Assembly: GCA_040880465.1 (NCBI GenBank)
Contig: JBBDIK010000012.1
Coordinates: 2,353 to 66,352 of the forward strand
Source: Actinomycetota bacterium
GTDB taxonomy: Bacteria; Actinomycetota; UBA4738; JBBDHU01
Direction: 5' to 3'
DNA length: 64,000 bases
Below the pieces are notes generated by a model, which made no database searches, was not told the origin of the DNA, and saw only the letters and a program-made list of their open reading frames with translations. This document shows, piece by piece, positions 9,763 to 19,216 of this stretch; within the stretch, counting starts at the first letter, position 1, and every line of letters starts with the position of its first letter. The position numbers were made by a program, and so were the translations under genes.

Positions 9763-10740
9763 CTAGCCTTCCTCGCAGTCGACCTGCTTGATCTCCTGGC
9801 GGGTCGGCGTGTCCTGCGTCAGTAGGGTGGTGAGGTTGACCGCCCGGAGGCCTTTCGCTTCGATCATGTCGAGGATCTGCGGCAGGGCGTTCTGCGTGGT
9901 ACCGCGGTTCTCGTGCATCAGGATGATGTCGCCGGACGAAAGTCCCTTGTCGACGTTCTTGATGATGTCATCGGTATTGGTGCCGGTCGTAGCGTCGAGC
10001 GAGTCGAGGCTCCACATGACCGAGATCATGTCCTCGGACTGCACGAACTCGTCCAGCGCCTTGTCCCGCGAGCCCCACGGCGGGCGGAAGTACCACACCA
10101 CCTGATCGGTGACGTCCTCGATGATGCGCTTCGGTTTGGCCACCTCTCGCTGGAGTGTGCCCTGTGGCTCGCCGGACAGTCCGAAGTGCGTCATGCTGTG
10201 GTCGGCAACCTCACTGAACCGCGCCTCCTCGCGGGCAAGTTTCGCGTATCCCTCGACGAGCTTGCCGGCGAGGAAGAACGTGGCCTTCGCTCCGCGCGAC
10301 CGCAGGTAGTCCAGCGTCTTCTGCGTGTACGGGCCGGGTCCGTCGTCGAAGGTCAGGGCCACCATGTTCGCGCGACCGCCTCCGCAGTAGATGGGCAGGC
10401 CCCACTCCATGATCTGCTGGATCTCGGGCGGCATGCCCGTCGCGCTGACGGGGGGCTCACCTCCGTCCGGCGGGTTGGGTTCCTCCCCGGTGCCGGTTCC
10501 CGTCCCGGTTCCCGTCGCCGCGTTCCCATCCCCCTGCATGGCATCTGTCGAGGGGATCGCCTGGTCCGGCGTGACGGGCGTCTCGTCGCCCGAGAACGCG
10601 ACGTTCCACACGATGATGATGCCGATCAGGGCCGCGACGCCGACGATGATCGTCCTGATGAGACGCCGCCGACGTTGCCTGCGGCCGAAGCTGAAGTGCG
10701 AGGCCGTTCCGCGGCCTCGTTCGTCGTAGTAGGAAGGCAT
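9763..10740 (-). CDS. polysaccharide deacetylase (NodB homology domain), membrane-anchored
   Basis: TM anchor, Gly/Thr/Pro linker, then NodB motifs TFDDGP, ATFF, HSMTH, RPPWG and ILMHE. Confidence 0.85.
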   Translation of the reverse strand: MPSYYDERGRGTASHFSFGRRQRRRRLIRTIIVGVAALIGIIIVWNVAFSGDETPVTPDQAIPSTDAMQGDGNAATGTGTGTGTGEEPNPPDGGEPPVSATGMPPEIQQIMEWGLPIYCGGGRANMVALTFDDGPGPYTQKTLDYLRSRGAKATFFLAGKLVEGYAKLAREEARFSEVADHSMTHFGLSGEPQGTLQREVAKPKRIIEDVTDQVVWYFRPPWGSRDKALDEFVQSEDMISVMWSLDSLDATTGTNTDDIIKNVDKGLSSGDIILMHENRGTTQNALPQILDMIEAKGLRAVNLTTLLTQDTPTRQEIKQVDCEEG

Positions 10741-10840
10741 GGCGCTCGGCTCGCTCGGGAAGCCTCAGTATAGGTCGGCCCACGACGCAGATGGGGAACT
10801 TCGGGGTAGACGCTGCGGCTTTCGGGCTGGGAATTGGCGG

Positions 10841-12541
10841 CTACGCCGCCGGGGAGGCCGGAACCTGGGCGCCCATCGTCGCAAGGGCCTCCCGGGCCGC
10901 GCGTTCACCGGTCTCGACCGCTCCGTTCATGAAGCCGAAGAAGTTGAGGCTCGTGTGCTCCCCGGCGAACAGGACCTTGCCTTCGGGGAGCTTCGCGGCG
11001 CCGAAGATGGTGGAGTACTCGCCGGGAGTCGGGCACGAGTAGGAGCCCAGCGCCCATGGGTCGGCGACCATGAACGAGAGGTAAGCCTTTCCGTTCCAGG
11101 CCTCCGTGGCGCCGTGGATCAGGACCTCGATATCCTTGAGGGCAGCCTGCGAGACGGCCTCGGGCGCCGGCGCGTGCGACGCCGACACCGGATACGACGC
11201 TCCGGCGGTTCCGCCCGTGTAGTTGTCCAGGATGCCGGTCGAACCGTGGATCGGATATACGACCGTCAGCGACTGGATCGGCAGGTCGCACACGACGTCT
11301 CCGGACAAGTGGCTCGCGTGCCACACTTGCTCGTCGAACTGCAGATGCAGTTTCGAGTTCGTCCCCATGCCGAGTTCGTTGATCGTCTTTCGCTTCAGCT
11401 CGCTCCACCCGGCCTTGTCCAGGTCAACCGCCCGCAACGCCGTGAACGGCGCCGTCATCACAACGATATCGGCGGTGACATCGGTCGGCGAGCCGCCGTC
11501 CGGCTCGAACGTGAGGGTCGTCGTCTCATCCCCGTTGCGGCGCACCGCGACCAGGGGCGAGCCCAACTCCACGGTCCCGGCGGGAAGCTGGTCATCGGCG
11601 ATCGTCGTAGCGACGAGGTCATTCCCCCCGGCGATGCGCCACTTCCAATCCTGGTTGCCGTAGAGTCGCGGGTTGTTCTTGCTCGAGAACCCCGCCTCGA
11701 ACATCAGGTTCAGCGAACTCTGGTCTTCGATGTCCAGCCCGTACTCGCCGGCGTATCCGACCTCGATCAGCTTGCCGAACCGGGACTTCCGTCCGCCGGG
11801 CACGTTGCGCTCGACCCACTCGGCGAGGGTCGTGTTGTCGAGCTTCACTCCCGCGGGCGTGCTCGTGTCGTAGGTCGTTGGCCAGCCGGCGGCGAGGCGG
11901 TCCTCGAGGATCTTCGGGAACACTTCCTCGAGGTCGGCGGCCATGTCCTGGTGGGAGTACGGCTTGCCGTCGAAGTACAGCAGCCCATGTACGCCGCGGG
12001 GATAATAGGACCAGAGGTTGTCCTCCATCAGTCCGAGTTCGGCGGCAAGCGACCGGATGGCCTTGTGATCGGAGTTGATGTACTCGCCGCACAGCTCGGC
12101 GGTCTCGTCGTTGTCGAAGAACCCTCGGAGGGTGCGCGTTCGTCCGCCGGCGCGTTCGCTGGCCTCGTAGACGGTGGAGGAGAAGCCCGCCTGGTGAAGG
12201 CGCAGCGCCGCGGTCATCCCGGCGAGTCCGGCACCGACGATCGCGATCCGAGGGCCGTCCCTGCCGCCGCCGGTCGCCCCCGGTGAACCGGCCGGGGGAC
12301 CTTGCTTCGCGACGGGGGTGCACGCGGCGAGTGCGGCTAGAGCCGGAGTGGCGAGGGCGGCGGCCGTTCCGAAGCGCCCGGCTGTGCGCAGGAAGTCGCG
12401 GCGATCGATCCGAACGGGGGCCTGGGCGGCTCGTTCGGCCCAGACGTCGCTCAGCTCATCCGTGGGGATGCCGGTTCGCCGCGACACGTGCTGGAGTGCC
12501 AGGAGGTGATCGAGCAGGTCTCCGAGCGGGGTGCGAGCCAT
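10841..12541 (-). CDS. Tat-exported flavin-dependent amine oxidase
   Basis: Twin-arginine motif RRDFLRTAG followed by a lipobox-like AAC. FAD fold IAIVGAGLAGMTAALRL...YEASERAGGR. C-terminal FAGEHTS. Confidence 0.85.
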   Translation of the reverse strand: MARTPLGDLLDHLLALQHVSRRTGIPTDELSDVWAERAAQAPVRIDRRDFLRTAGRFGTAAALATPALAALAACTPVAKQGPPAGSPGATGGGRDGPRIAIVGAGLAGMTAALRLHQAGFSSTVYEASERAGGRTRTLRGFFDNDETAELCGEYINSDHKAIRSLAAELGLMEDNLWSYYPRGVHGLLYFDGKPYSHQDMAADLEEVFPKILEDRLAAGWPTTYDTSTPAGVKLDNTTLAEWVERNVPGGRKSRFGKLIEVGYAGEYGLDIEDQSSLNLMFEAGFSSKNNPRLYGNQDWKWRIAGGNDLVATTIADDQLPAGTVELGSPLVAVRRNGDETTTLTFEPDGGSPTDVTADIVVMTAPFTALRAVDLDKAGWSELKRKTINELGMGTNSKLHLQFDEQVWHASHLSGDVVCDLPIQSLTVVYPIHGSTGILDNYTGGTAGASYPVSASHAPAPEAVSQAALKDIEVLIHGATEAWNGKAYLSFMVADPWALGSYSCPTPGEYSTIFGAAKLPEGKVLFAGEHTSLNFFGFMNGAVETGERAAREALATMGAQVPASPAA

Positions 12542-12597
12542 CGCGCGTCACGCTAGGGGGCGGAGGAGGTTCGTGCAAGCCACAGCGTGGGACGAGT

Positions 12598-14001
12598 TCA
12601 GTCCTCGGACGACCCGCTCTGGCCGGCAGAGACGGGGGCCGGGGACGAGTCGTTTCCCTCCGAGCGGCCCAGACGCAGGAGGACCAACTCGTAGGTGACC
12701 ACGATCGCCCCGATGACCAGGAAGGAGAACCATGACGTGTCGATGAGGAATAGCAGCAGAACCGCGATCACCGGACCGGCGAGCTGCAACGCCTCCCGGT
12801 GTTCGCGAACCCACGCCAGCGTTGCGTCGTCGGTGGCGCGGTCGCGCGTGCCCTCGATGAAGCCGCGAACGAGGTCCGAGGCGAACCGGCGCGTCTTCAT
12901 GGCCCACGGGTACGGCCCGGTCACCAAGGCCATCACGAGGATGGCGAGCAGGATCATCATCTGCACGCCGGTCGCGTACAGGTAGCTGTCGAGGAATCGC
13001 TCGGAGGCAGCCTGAACGACGCCCTTCGCGGTGCCGGCCGGGGCAGCCTCGACGATGTTCGACTCCAGGGCGCGTGCCAGCTGGCGCACGACCACCAAGC
13101 CGACCAGGATCCCCACGTCGAGCTGCAGCAGCGTGCGCCGGCGCGATCGTGAAACCCACAGGGCCGCGGGGATCATCAAGAGCGTGAGGATGCCGAGTCC
13201 CCAGGCCACCGTGTTGAACAGCTTCACGCCGTTCTGCGCCGCAACGAGGTACTCGGTCGGGAACAGCGGAACGGTGCCGAAGTTCTCCGGAAGGGAGACG
13301 CCGAGCAAGCCCTCGATCTGCGAACGTGCCCTCGCCGGGTCCTCACTGATGCTGATCTCGGGGAGCGACACGTCACCGAACAGGCTCGAGGCGCCCGACT
13401 CGATCTTTGCGATGACGTTATTCACCAGCGGGAACATGCTCAGGACGACCTCGTCGCCCTCGGTGGTGACCAGCTCGCTCTTGCCCTCGATGATGTCCAT
13501 CATCTTCTGGTGCGCGAGTCGGTTCGCCTCGATCCACGTGTCCTCGAATTCTGGGGTGGCGAGCACGCCCTCCACCTTTCCGTGGACGAAGTCCTGGAGC
13601 CCGCCGCTGATCGGACCGGCGAGGAACGAGACCTTCTCCGGAAGGATGTCCGTGAGCGTCTGCTCGACCGGGATCGCCTCGAACAATCCTGTTGTCAGGC
13701 CCTCTGCGATGCCGGCTTGGATACGGGGGTCCTTGCCGAGCGGCGCGACGATCTCGACGTACTTCTCGGTGTTGAACAGGCGCCGGTCTGCCCAGATGAC
13801 CGTGGCGCCGAGCACGTATCCGATGATCGAGAGGATGACGAGCGTACCGGCGACGACGCGGCGGACGCGTGGTCCGAGGATGGTCGTGTCGTCGCCCGAT
13901 GCCGTCTTCGTCTTCGCAAGCTCGACCGCGAGTCGCTCGCGCTCGGCCCGAAGTTCTTCGAGTTCGTGCTGGAGCTGCTCGCGGTCCTCGTCGTCGGGCA
14001 T
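12598..14001 (-). CDS. hypothetical integral membrane protein with an N-terminal coiled coil
   Basis: Charged coiled N-terminus (EELRAERERLAVELAK) and several TM helices. No family recognised. Confidence 0.7.
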   Translation of the reverse strand: MPDDEDREQLQHELEELRAERERLAVELAKTKTASGDDTTILGPRVRRVVAGTLVILSIIGYVLGATVIWADRRLFNTEKYVEIVAPLGKDPRIQAGIAEGLTTGLFEAIPVEQTLTDILPEKVSFLAGPISGGLQDFVHGKVEGVLATPEFEDTWIEANRLAHQKMMDIIEGKSELVTTEGDEVVLSMFPLVNNVIAKIESGASSLFGDVSLPEISISEDPARARSQIEGLLGVSLPENFGTVPLFPTEYLVAAQNGVKLFNTVAWGLGILTLLMIPAALWVSRSRRRTLLQLDVGILVGLVVVRQLARALESNIVEAAPAGTAKGVVQAASERFLDSYLYATGVQMMILLAILVMALVTGPYPWAMKTRRFASDLVRGFIEGTRDRATDDATLAWVREHREALQLAGPVIAVLLLFLIDTSWFSFLVIGAIVVTYELVLLRLGRSEGNDSSPAPVSAGQSGSSED

Positions 14002-14079
14002 CAGGGGAGACCGTACACCAGGCTCCGGGGGCGGCGCGCGATCCCACCGAAGGGTCGGCGTACTAGGCTGGGGCCCGCA

Positions 14080-14153
14080 GGGGCGGTAGCTCAGTTGGTC
14101 AGAGCGGGGGACTCATAATCCCTTGGTCGCAGGTTCGAGTCCTGCCCGCCCCA
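14080..14153 (+). tRNA. tRNA-Met (anticodon CAT), elongator-type (or Ile2 if lysidinylated)
   Basis: Full cloverleaf: acceptor GGGGCGG/CCGCCCC, D arm GCTC...GAGC, anticodon loop CTCATAA, T arm GCAGG/TTCGAGT/CCTGC. The G1-C72 pair argues against an initiator. Confidence 0.9.
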
Positions 14154-14206
14154 CCGAGCACGTTGGTGGTCAGATATCGAAGGTCCGCGCCGCCTAAGCT
14201 GGCGGG

Positions 14207-17065
14207 ATGGTGATCGGCGAGACTCGGAGTCCGAACTTCGACAAGGGGCGTAAGCGCCGCAGGCCTTCCGCGGTCGTCGTTCACACGACCGACGGTTCGT
14301 TCGGGGCCGCTGCCGCCTGGATGACCGATCCGGCGAGCGGTGTCAGCGCCCACTACCTGGTCGGACTTGACGGTTCGGTCCTGCAGCTCGTCGACGAAAG
14401 GGACACGGCCCGCCATGCGGGTGTCCTTGTGGAGCCGGCCGCGAAGATCACCGCCACCCTCGGTGACGATCCGAACCTCAAGACGATCGGGATCGAGTTC
14501 GCCGACGACGGGAACCCCGGGGGGATCAACCGGCCCGACGCGCAGTACGAGGTAGGTGCCGAACTGCTGCGGGCGATCTCCGATAGATGGAAGATCCCAC
14601 TCGACCGAGAGCATGTTCTCGGTCACCGGGAGTTGCGCGCGGACAAGACGTGTCCCGGCAACTTCGACATCGACCGGCTCATCCTGGATGCCGGGGCACC
14701 GTTCCTTCTCTGTCTGCTCCCGATGAGGAACGAAGAGAGCAACCTCCCGGGGTGGCTGGAGTCTGCGCCCGGATTCTGCGAGGCGGTGATCGCGCTCGAT
14801 GACGGTTCGACCGACCGGACGGCCGAGATCCTGGAGGGACACGACCTCTTCGCGCGGATCCTGCGGGCTCCGCAGCGCGAAGGGTACGCGGGGTGGGACG
14901 ACGCCACGAACCGGCGCCTGTTGCTGGAAGCGGCCGCGGAACTGCGCCCCCGATGGATCATCCAGGTCGATGCCGATGAGCGGATCGACGCCGACGACGC
15001 GCAGGCGCTCCGCTCCTTCCTGGAGGAGGAGGCCATCGAGGGCTGCGCGTACGGCCTGCGGCACTACCGCCAGTGGGGCGAGAGGGTCGACCCTCAGCAC
15101 GTCTGGGTGTATCGGATCTTCCGGTGGCGCCCGGGACTGACCCTGCCCCAAGATCGCCGCCTCCACTTCAACCCGGTGCCGGTCTCGATCCCGCGCGGTG
15201 CGTGGATCCGTACGACCATCCGCCTCCGGCACGTCGGGGCGTCCGACGAAGCGGGGGTCGCGGCCCGCGCGGCCAAGTACGCCGCCGCCGACCCCGACCG
15301 GGAGTTCGAGGCCAACACGAGCGGGATGGATGCCGCTCCGACGCCCGATACTCAGCTCGCGGAGTGGGAACCGCGTGACCCTGAGATGCCGGTGCTCGTT
15401 ACTCCGTCCGAACAGGCCATCAGCCGCGGCGGCCGGCCGGACCTGGTGGTCCTTCTGCCCGTGCGGAACGGAGCCGGCGACCTTCCGCGGTTCTTCGACG
15501 CGGCCCGTCGGTTCGCCGACTCCGTGATCGCACTGGATGACGGGTCGACGGACGGAACGGCGACGTTGTTACGCGACGAACCGCTGGTCGCGACGATCCT
15601 GTCGAACCCCGTCCGGGAGACGTGGTCGGGATGGGATGAGCCCCGCGACCGCAGCCGTCTCCTGGAAGCCGCCGCCGAACTCCGGCCTCGCTTCGTGCTC
15701 TTCCTGGATGCCGACGAGCGGATCGATGCCGACGACGGGGCGGCGTTGCGCGGTTTCGTTGAGCGGGACGCCCTCCCCGGGTTCGCCTACGGGATGCGTG
15801 TGCATCGGATGGTTCGGCCGGAGCCGCCGGGCTACGACCGGGCCGACCTCTGGGCCTACCGGTTGTTCGCGTGGGAACCGGATCAGGTCCTGCCGTCGCA
15901 GTCGCTGCATCTGGTCCCGGTGCCGATCTCGATCCCGCGACCCAACTACATGCAGACGACGATCCGCATCCAGCACCACGCGAGCGAGACGTCCCAGCGG
16001 CGACGGCTCCGTTACGAGAAGTACGAGGAGCTCGATCCGGCACGCCGGTGGCAGTCGGGCTACGAGCACCTGTTGGACGAACCCGGACAGATCCGCGCCT
16101 GGGAGCCGCGTCTCGCAGGGCTTCCGGTCGTCGCCGAGCCCGACGTCGACCTGACGGCGCCCGTCCTTTCGGTCGTCGTGATCGCACGGGATGACGGCGA
16201 ACGCATCGACCCGGTCCTGCGTTCCGTCCAGGAACAGGAAACGGAGGAGGCGTTCGAGACGATCGTGGTGGTGTCCGGGTCACCGCAGACGGCGGCCGTC
16301 GTGCGGGACCGGTTCCCCGAAGTGACGCTCGTCGATCTGGAACGGCCGGTCTTCCCCGGCGCTGCTCGCAACGCCGGCCTGCGGATCGCCCGGGGGGACT
16401 ACGTGTCTTTCCCCGGGTCGCACGTCGTGCTGTCGGCCGGGAGTCTCCGGGCCCGGATGAAGGCCCACGAGTTGGGCTACCCGATGGTCACCGGCAGCAT
16501 CCGCAACGGGACCCGAACGCCCTCGGGGTGGGCGAACTACTTCCTCGATCATTCGACGGCCCTTCCCGGGCGGCCGGCGGGGGAGTTGCGCTCGCCGCCA
16601 GCCCACTGCTCCTACGACCGCGACCTGCTGATCGCGGCCGGCGGGTTCCCCGAGGATCTGCGCGCGGGCGAGGACACGTTCGTCAACAACCGGATGTTCG
16701 GGGCGGGCCTGAAAGCCTATCGCTCGCCCGAGATCGAGCTCACGCACGCGACCCGGTGCGACCGGCCCACGGCGTTGCTCGCACATCACTGGAACCGCGG
16801 TCGTGCGCTCGGCCGCCTGCTATTCGATCCGGCGTTCGTCCTCCCCGTCGAGCGGCGCGGCATCGGCAGGATGGTCGCCTCCCTGGTGCCCCGCCGGGTC
16901 ACCGCGACCGCGCGGGCCGTAGCGAAGTGGGGGGGACCACAGGAGCGGCGCGCCTACCGGGAGTCACGCCTGCTCATCATCGCGGCAGCGGTCGCGTCGT
17001 GGTGCGGGACGCTCTTCGAAGCGGGGATGGTGAAAGCGGCGCAGGTGCTCGAAGCTAGGCGTTGA
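14207..17065 (+). CDS. multidomain protein: N-acetylmuramoyl-L-alanine amidase (amidase_2/PGRP-like) fused to three glycosyltransferase family 2 domains
   Basis: N-terminus has VVVHTTDGSF...SAHYLV...HVLGHREL...CPGNFD. Three GT2-like modules follow, each with L(L/V)PxRNE/G...ALDDGSTD(R/G)T or VVVIARDD...GAARNAG. Confidence 0.8.
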   Translation: MVIGETRSPNFDKGRKRRRPSAVVVHTTDGSFGAAAAWMTDPASGVSAHYLVGLDGSVLQLVDERDTARHAGVLVEPAAKITATLGDDPNLKTIGIEFADDGNPGGINRPDAQYEVGAELLRAISDRWKIPLDREHVLGHRELRADKTCPGNFDIDRLILDAGAPFLLCLLPMRNEESNLPGWLESAPGFCEAVIALDDGSTDRTAEILEGHDLFARILRAPQREGYAGWDDATNRRLLLEAAAELRPRWIIQVDADERIDADDAQALRSFLEEEAIEGCAYGLRHYRQWGERVDPQHVWVYRIFRWRPGLTLPQDRRLHFNPVPVSIPRGAWIRTTIRLRHVGASDEAGVAARAAKYAAADPDREFEANTSGMDAAPTPDTQLAEWEPRDPEMPVLVTPSEQAISRGGRPDLVVLLPVRNGAGDLPRFFDAARRFADSVIALDDGSTDGTATLLRDEPLVATILSNPVRETWSGWDEPRDRSRLLEAAAELRPRFVLFLDADERIDADDGAALRGFVERDALPGFAYGMRVHRMVRPEPPGYDRADLWAYRLFAWEPDQVLPSQSLHLVPVPISIPRPNYMQTTIRIQHHASETSQRRRLRYEKYEELDPARRWQSGYEHLLDEPGQIRAWEPRLAGLPVVAEPDVDLTAPVLSVVVIARDDGERIDPVLRSVQEQETEEAFETIVVVSGSPQTAAVVRDRFPEVTLVDLERPVFPGAARNAGLRIARGDYVSFPGSHVVLSAGSLRARMKAHELGYPMVTGSIRNGTRTPSGWANYFLDHSTALPGRPAGELRSPPAHCSYDRDLLIAAGGFPEDLRAGEDTFVNNRMFGAGLKAYRSPEIELTHATRCDRPTALLAHHWNRGRALGRLLFDPAFVLPVERRGIGRMVASLVPRRVTATARAVAKWGGPQERRAYRESRLLIIAAAVASWCGTLFEAGMVKAAQVLEARR

Positions 17066-17717
17066 ACGACGAGCGGGGCGACCAGCCGAGCGCGACCTGT
17101 GTGTTGATGTTGCGCAGGCGCCCGCGGAAGTAGTGCCGGCCTTCCTTCCTGGTGCGGTAGGTCGCCGTGAACCCGCCAACGCCGTCCCTCCACGTCGCCC
17201 ATTGTTGCCCGGGCTTCTTCACCTGGACGTCGTAGCGAAGGTTCGGGTGGAAGGGGTCGTTCGACAGGTCACGGTTGCCCCACTGCACCATCGCCGTCGA
17301 CCGCGCGTTCGTCTTCTGGACGAGGACGGGGGAAAGGATCACGCCGTTCATCGGAACGTGTGAGGTGTCCTTGCACTCGTACTCGTACCGTCCGGCGGCC
17401 CAGAAGCCGAACCCGAAGTCGGTGACCCAGTTATAGACGGGCGGCGGTGTCGGGTTGAGCACCGGGCTGCTGTCGAAGATGTTGAGGCCCGAGGTGTCGG
17501 TGACGGAGTGGCCAGAGGCGCCGTTCCACTGCCAGTAGACGTAGTCGTCCGGGTAGTCGAGCCGGAGTGGATCGGGCGAGAAGGAGTAGTCGAAGACGTA
17601 TTCGTACTGAGTCATCGCCTGAGCCGGGTTGGCCAGGATCAGATCCGCGAACATCGCGGCGCCGGTCAGCGTGGCGCCGGTCGCCACCGCCCGCCGGATG
17701 AATACCCGGCGGCTCAT
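17055..17717 (-). CDS. Tat-signal secreted hypothetical protein (cupredoxin-like plus Ig/Fn3-like, tentative)
   Basis: ATG at 17717 gives MSRRVFIRRAVATGATLTGAAMFA, a twin-arginine signal. Only the last 220 codons of the 508-aa ORF-track frame look protein-like. Confidence 0.6.
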   Translation of the reverse strand: MSRRVFIRRAVATGATLTGAAMFADLILANPAQAMTQYEYVFDYSFSPDPLRLDYPDDYVYWQWNGASGHSVTDTSGLNIFDSSPVLNPTPPPVYNWVTDFGFGFWAAGRYEYECKDTSHVPMNGVILSPVLVQKTNARSTAMVQWGNRDLSNDPFHPNLRYDVQVKKPGQQWATWRDGVGGFTATYRTRKEGRHYFRGRLRNINTQVALGWSPRSSFNA

Positions 17718-18003
17718 CTGTCCCTCTGCGAACGCCTGAACGAGCTCTTCCACGCGACCCCTCCGTGGCCCTGGTTCCAGCAGCAACGATAGTCCTTCCT
17801 GGCAAGTGCGGCTAGGCATGTCCTCGGCCCCGGCCGGGGTCGTTCGCGAGCTGACCTCCCAGCCGAACGTGTTTGCGCTGGTAGACTGCCAGATACGGAC
17901 GTCAGGTGACGTCCCGTGAGGTTCCTTCCTGGTTTCGCCTTCTGGTGGCTTCGGGTGAGTGACCTCGATAGCCCCGAGACACACAGACAGAAGGAGAGAC
18001 CAT

Positions 18004-19179
18004 ATGACGTCCCCGCGATTCTCCGACCTTGGCGTATCCACGCCGGTTTCCGATGCCCTCGCCGCTCGCGGCATCGATGTGCCGTTCCCGGTGCAGGAAC
18101 TGGCCATCCCCGACGCCCTCGCCGGCAAGGACGTGCTCGTGCGTTCGCGTACCGGCTCCGGAAAGACCCTTGCCTTCGCCCTCCCGATCGTGGAGCGACT
18201 CAAGAACGACGCGCCACGACCCGCAGTCGTCATCCTGGTCCCGACCCGCGAGCTGTGTTCGCAAGTGGCGGAGGAGTTCGACGACTTGGCACGGGCCAAG
18301 GGACTTCGCAGTGCGGCCGTGTACGGCGGCGTTTCGATCCAGGTGCAGTCCAAGGCGGCCGGCAAGGCGCACATCTTGATCGCGACCCCGGGCCGCCTCG
18401 AGGACATCTCCGAGCGGCGGATGGTCGATCTCAGCAAGGTCCAGATCCTGGTCCTGGACGAGGCCGACCGCATGCTCGACATGGGATTCCAGCCGCAGGT
18501 CGACCGGATCGTGCGCCGCATCCCCAAGGACCGCCAGACGATGTTCTTCTCGGCCACCCTCGACGGCGCGGTCGGCAACATGGCCTCGCACTACACGCGA
18601 GACGCCGTTCGCCATGAGATCGTCGGCGCGACCGAAACCGTCGACGAGGCGGACCACCGGTTCATCCCGGTCGAGCCCGGCAAGAAGGTCGAGATGCTGA
18701 TCGAGATCCTGGCCGAGGACGACCGCGGCCTGGCGCTGGTCTTCGTACGGACCAAGCACGGCGCGGACCGGCTCGTCCACAAGCTCAAGCGTCAGGGGGT
18801 TCACGCGGCCGCGATGCACGGGGACATGACCCAGGCCGCGCGCGAGAAGGCGTTCGCGAGGTTCGAAGCCGAACATGTGAACGTGCTGATCGCCACCGAC
18901 GTCGCTGCTCGCGGCCTCGACCTAGACAACATCTCGCACGTCATCAACTTCGATCCACCCAACGACGACAAGAGCTACCTGCACCGCGTCGGGCGAACGG
19001 CCCGCGCGGGTCGCAGCGGAACGGGCGTCACGTTCGTCCAACCGCTGGAACAAGGCGATGTCGGCCGCATGGCCGCGCGCTTGAAGCTGCACGATGAGTT
19101 CCAGGGCGAAGGGATGAAGGTTGCCCCACCGCGCACCGTGTTCTCCTCGCGCGGACGCGGCAGCCGGCGTCGCCGCTAG
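18004..19179 (+). CDS. DEAD-box ATP-dependent RNA helicase
   Basis: AAGGAGAG lies 5-6 nt before the ATG at 18004. Q motif FPVQ, motif I SRTGSGKT, DEAD, SAT, and HRVGRTARAG in motif VI. Confidence 0.92.
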   Translation: MTSPRFSDLGVSTPVSDALAARGIDVPFPVQELAIPDALAGKDVLVRSRTGSGKTLAFALPIVERLKNDAPRPAVVILVPTRELCSQVAEEFDDLARAKGLRSAAVYGGVSIQVQSKAAGKAHILIATPGRLEDISERRMVDLSKVQILVLDEADRMLDMGFQPQVDRIVRRIPKDRQTMFFSATLDGAVGNMASHYTRDAVRHEIVGATETVDEADHRFIPVEPGKKVEMLIEILAEDDRGLALVFVRTKHGADRLVHKLKRQGVHAAAMHGDMTQAAREKAFARFEAEHVNVLIATDVAARGLDLDNISHVINFDPPNDDKSYLHRVGRTARAGRSGTGVTFVQPLEQGDVGRMAARLKLHDEFQGEGMKVAPPRTVFSSRGRGSRRRR

Positions 19180-19216
19180 CCACCGCGCGCTCATTCCGCG
19201 CAAGCATCGGATCTGA

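Noticed and set aside
17718-18581. Upstream 288 codons of the 508-aa minus-strand ORF 17055..18581.
   Set aside because: They are antisense to the well-supported DEAD-box helicase and have Ser/Arg/Thr-rich composition. The Tat signal peptide begins at the internal ATG at 17717.
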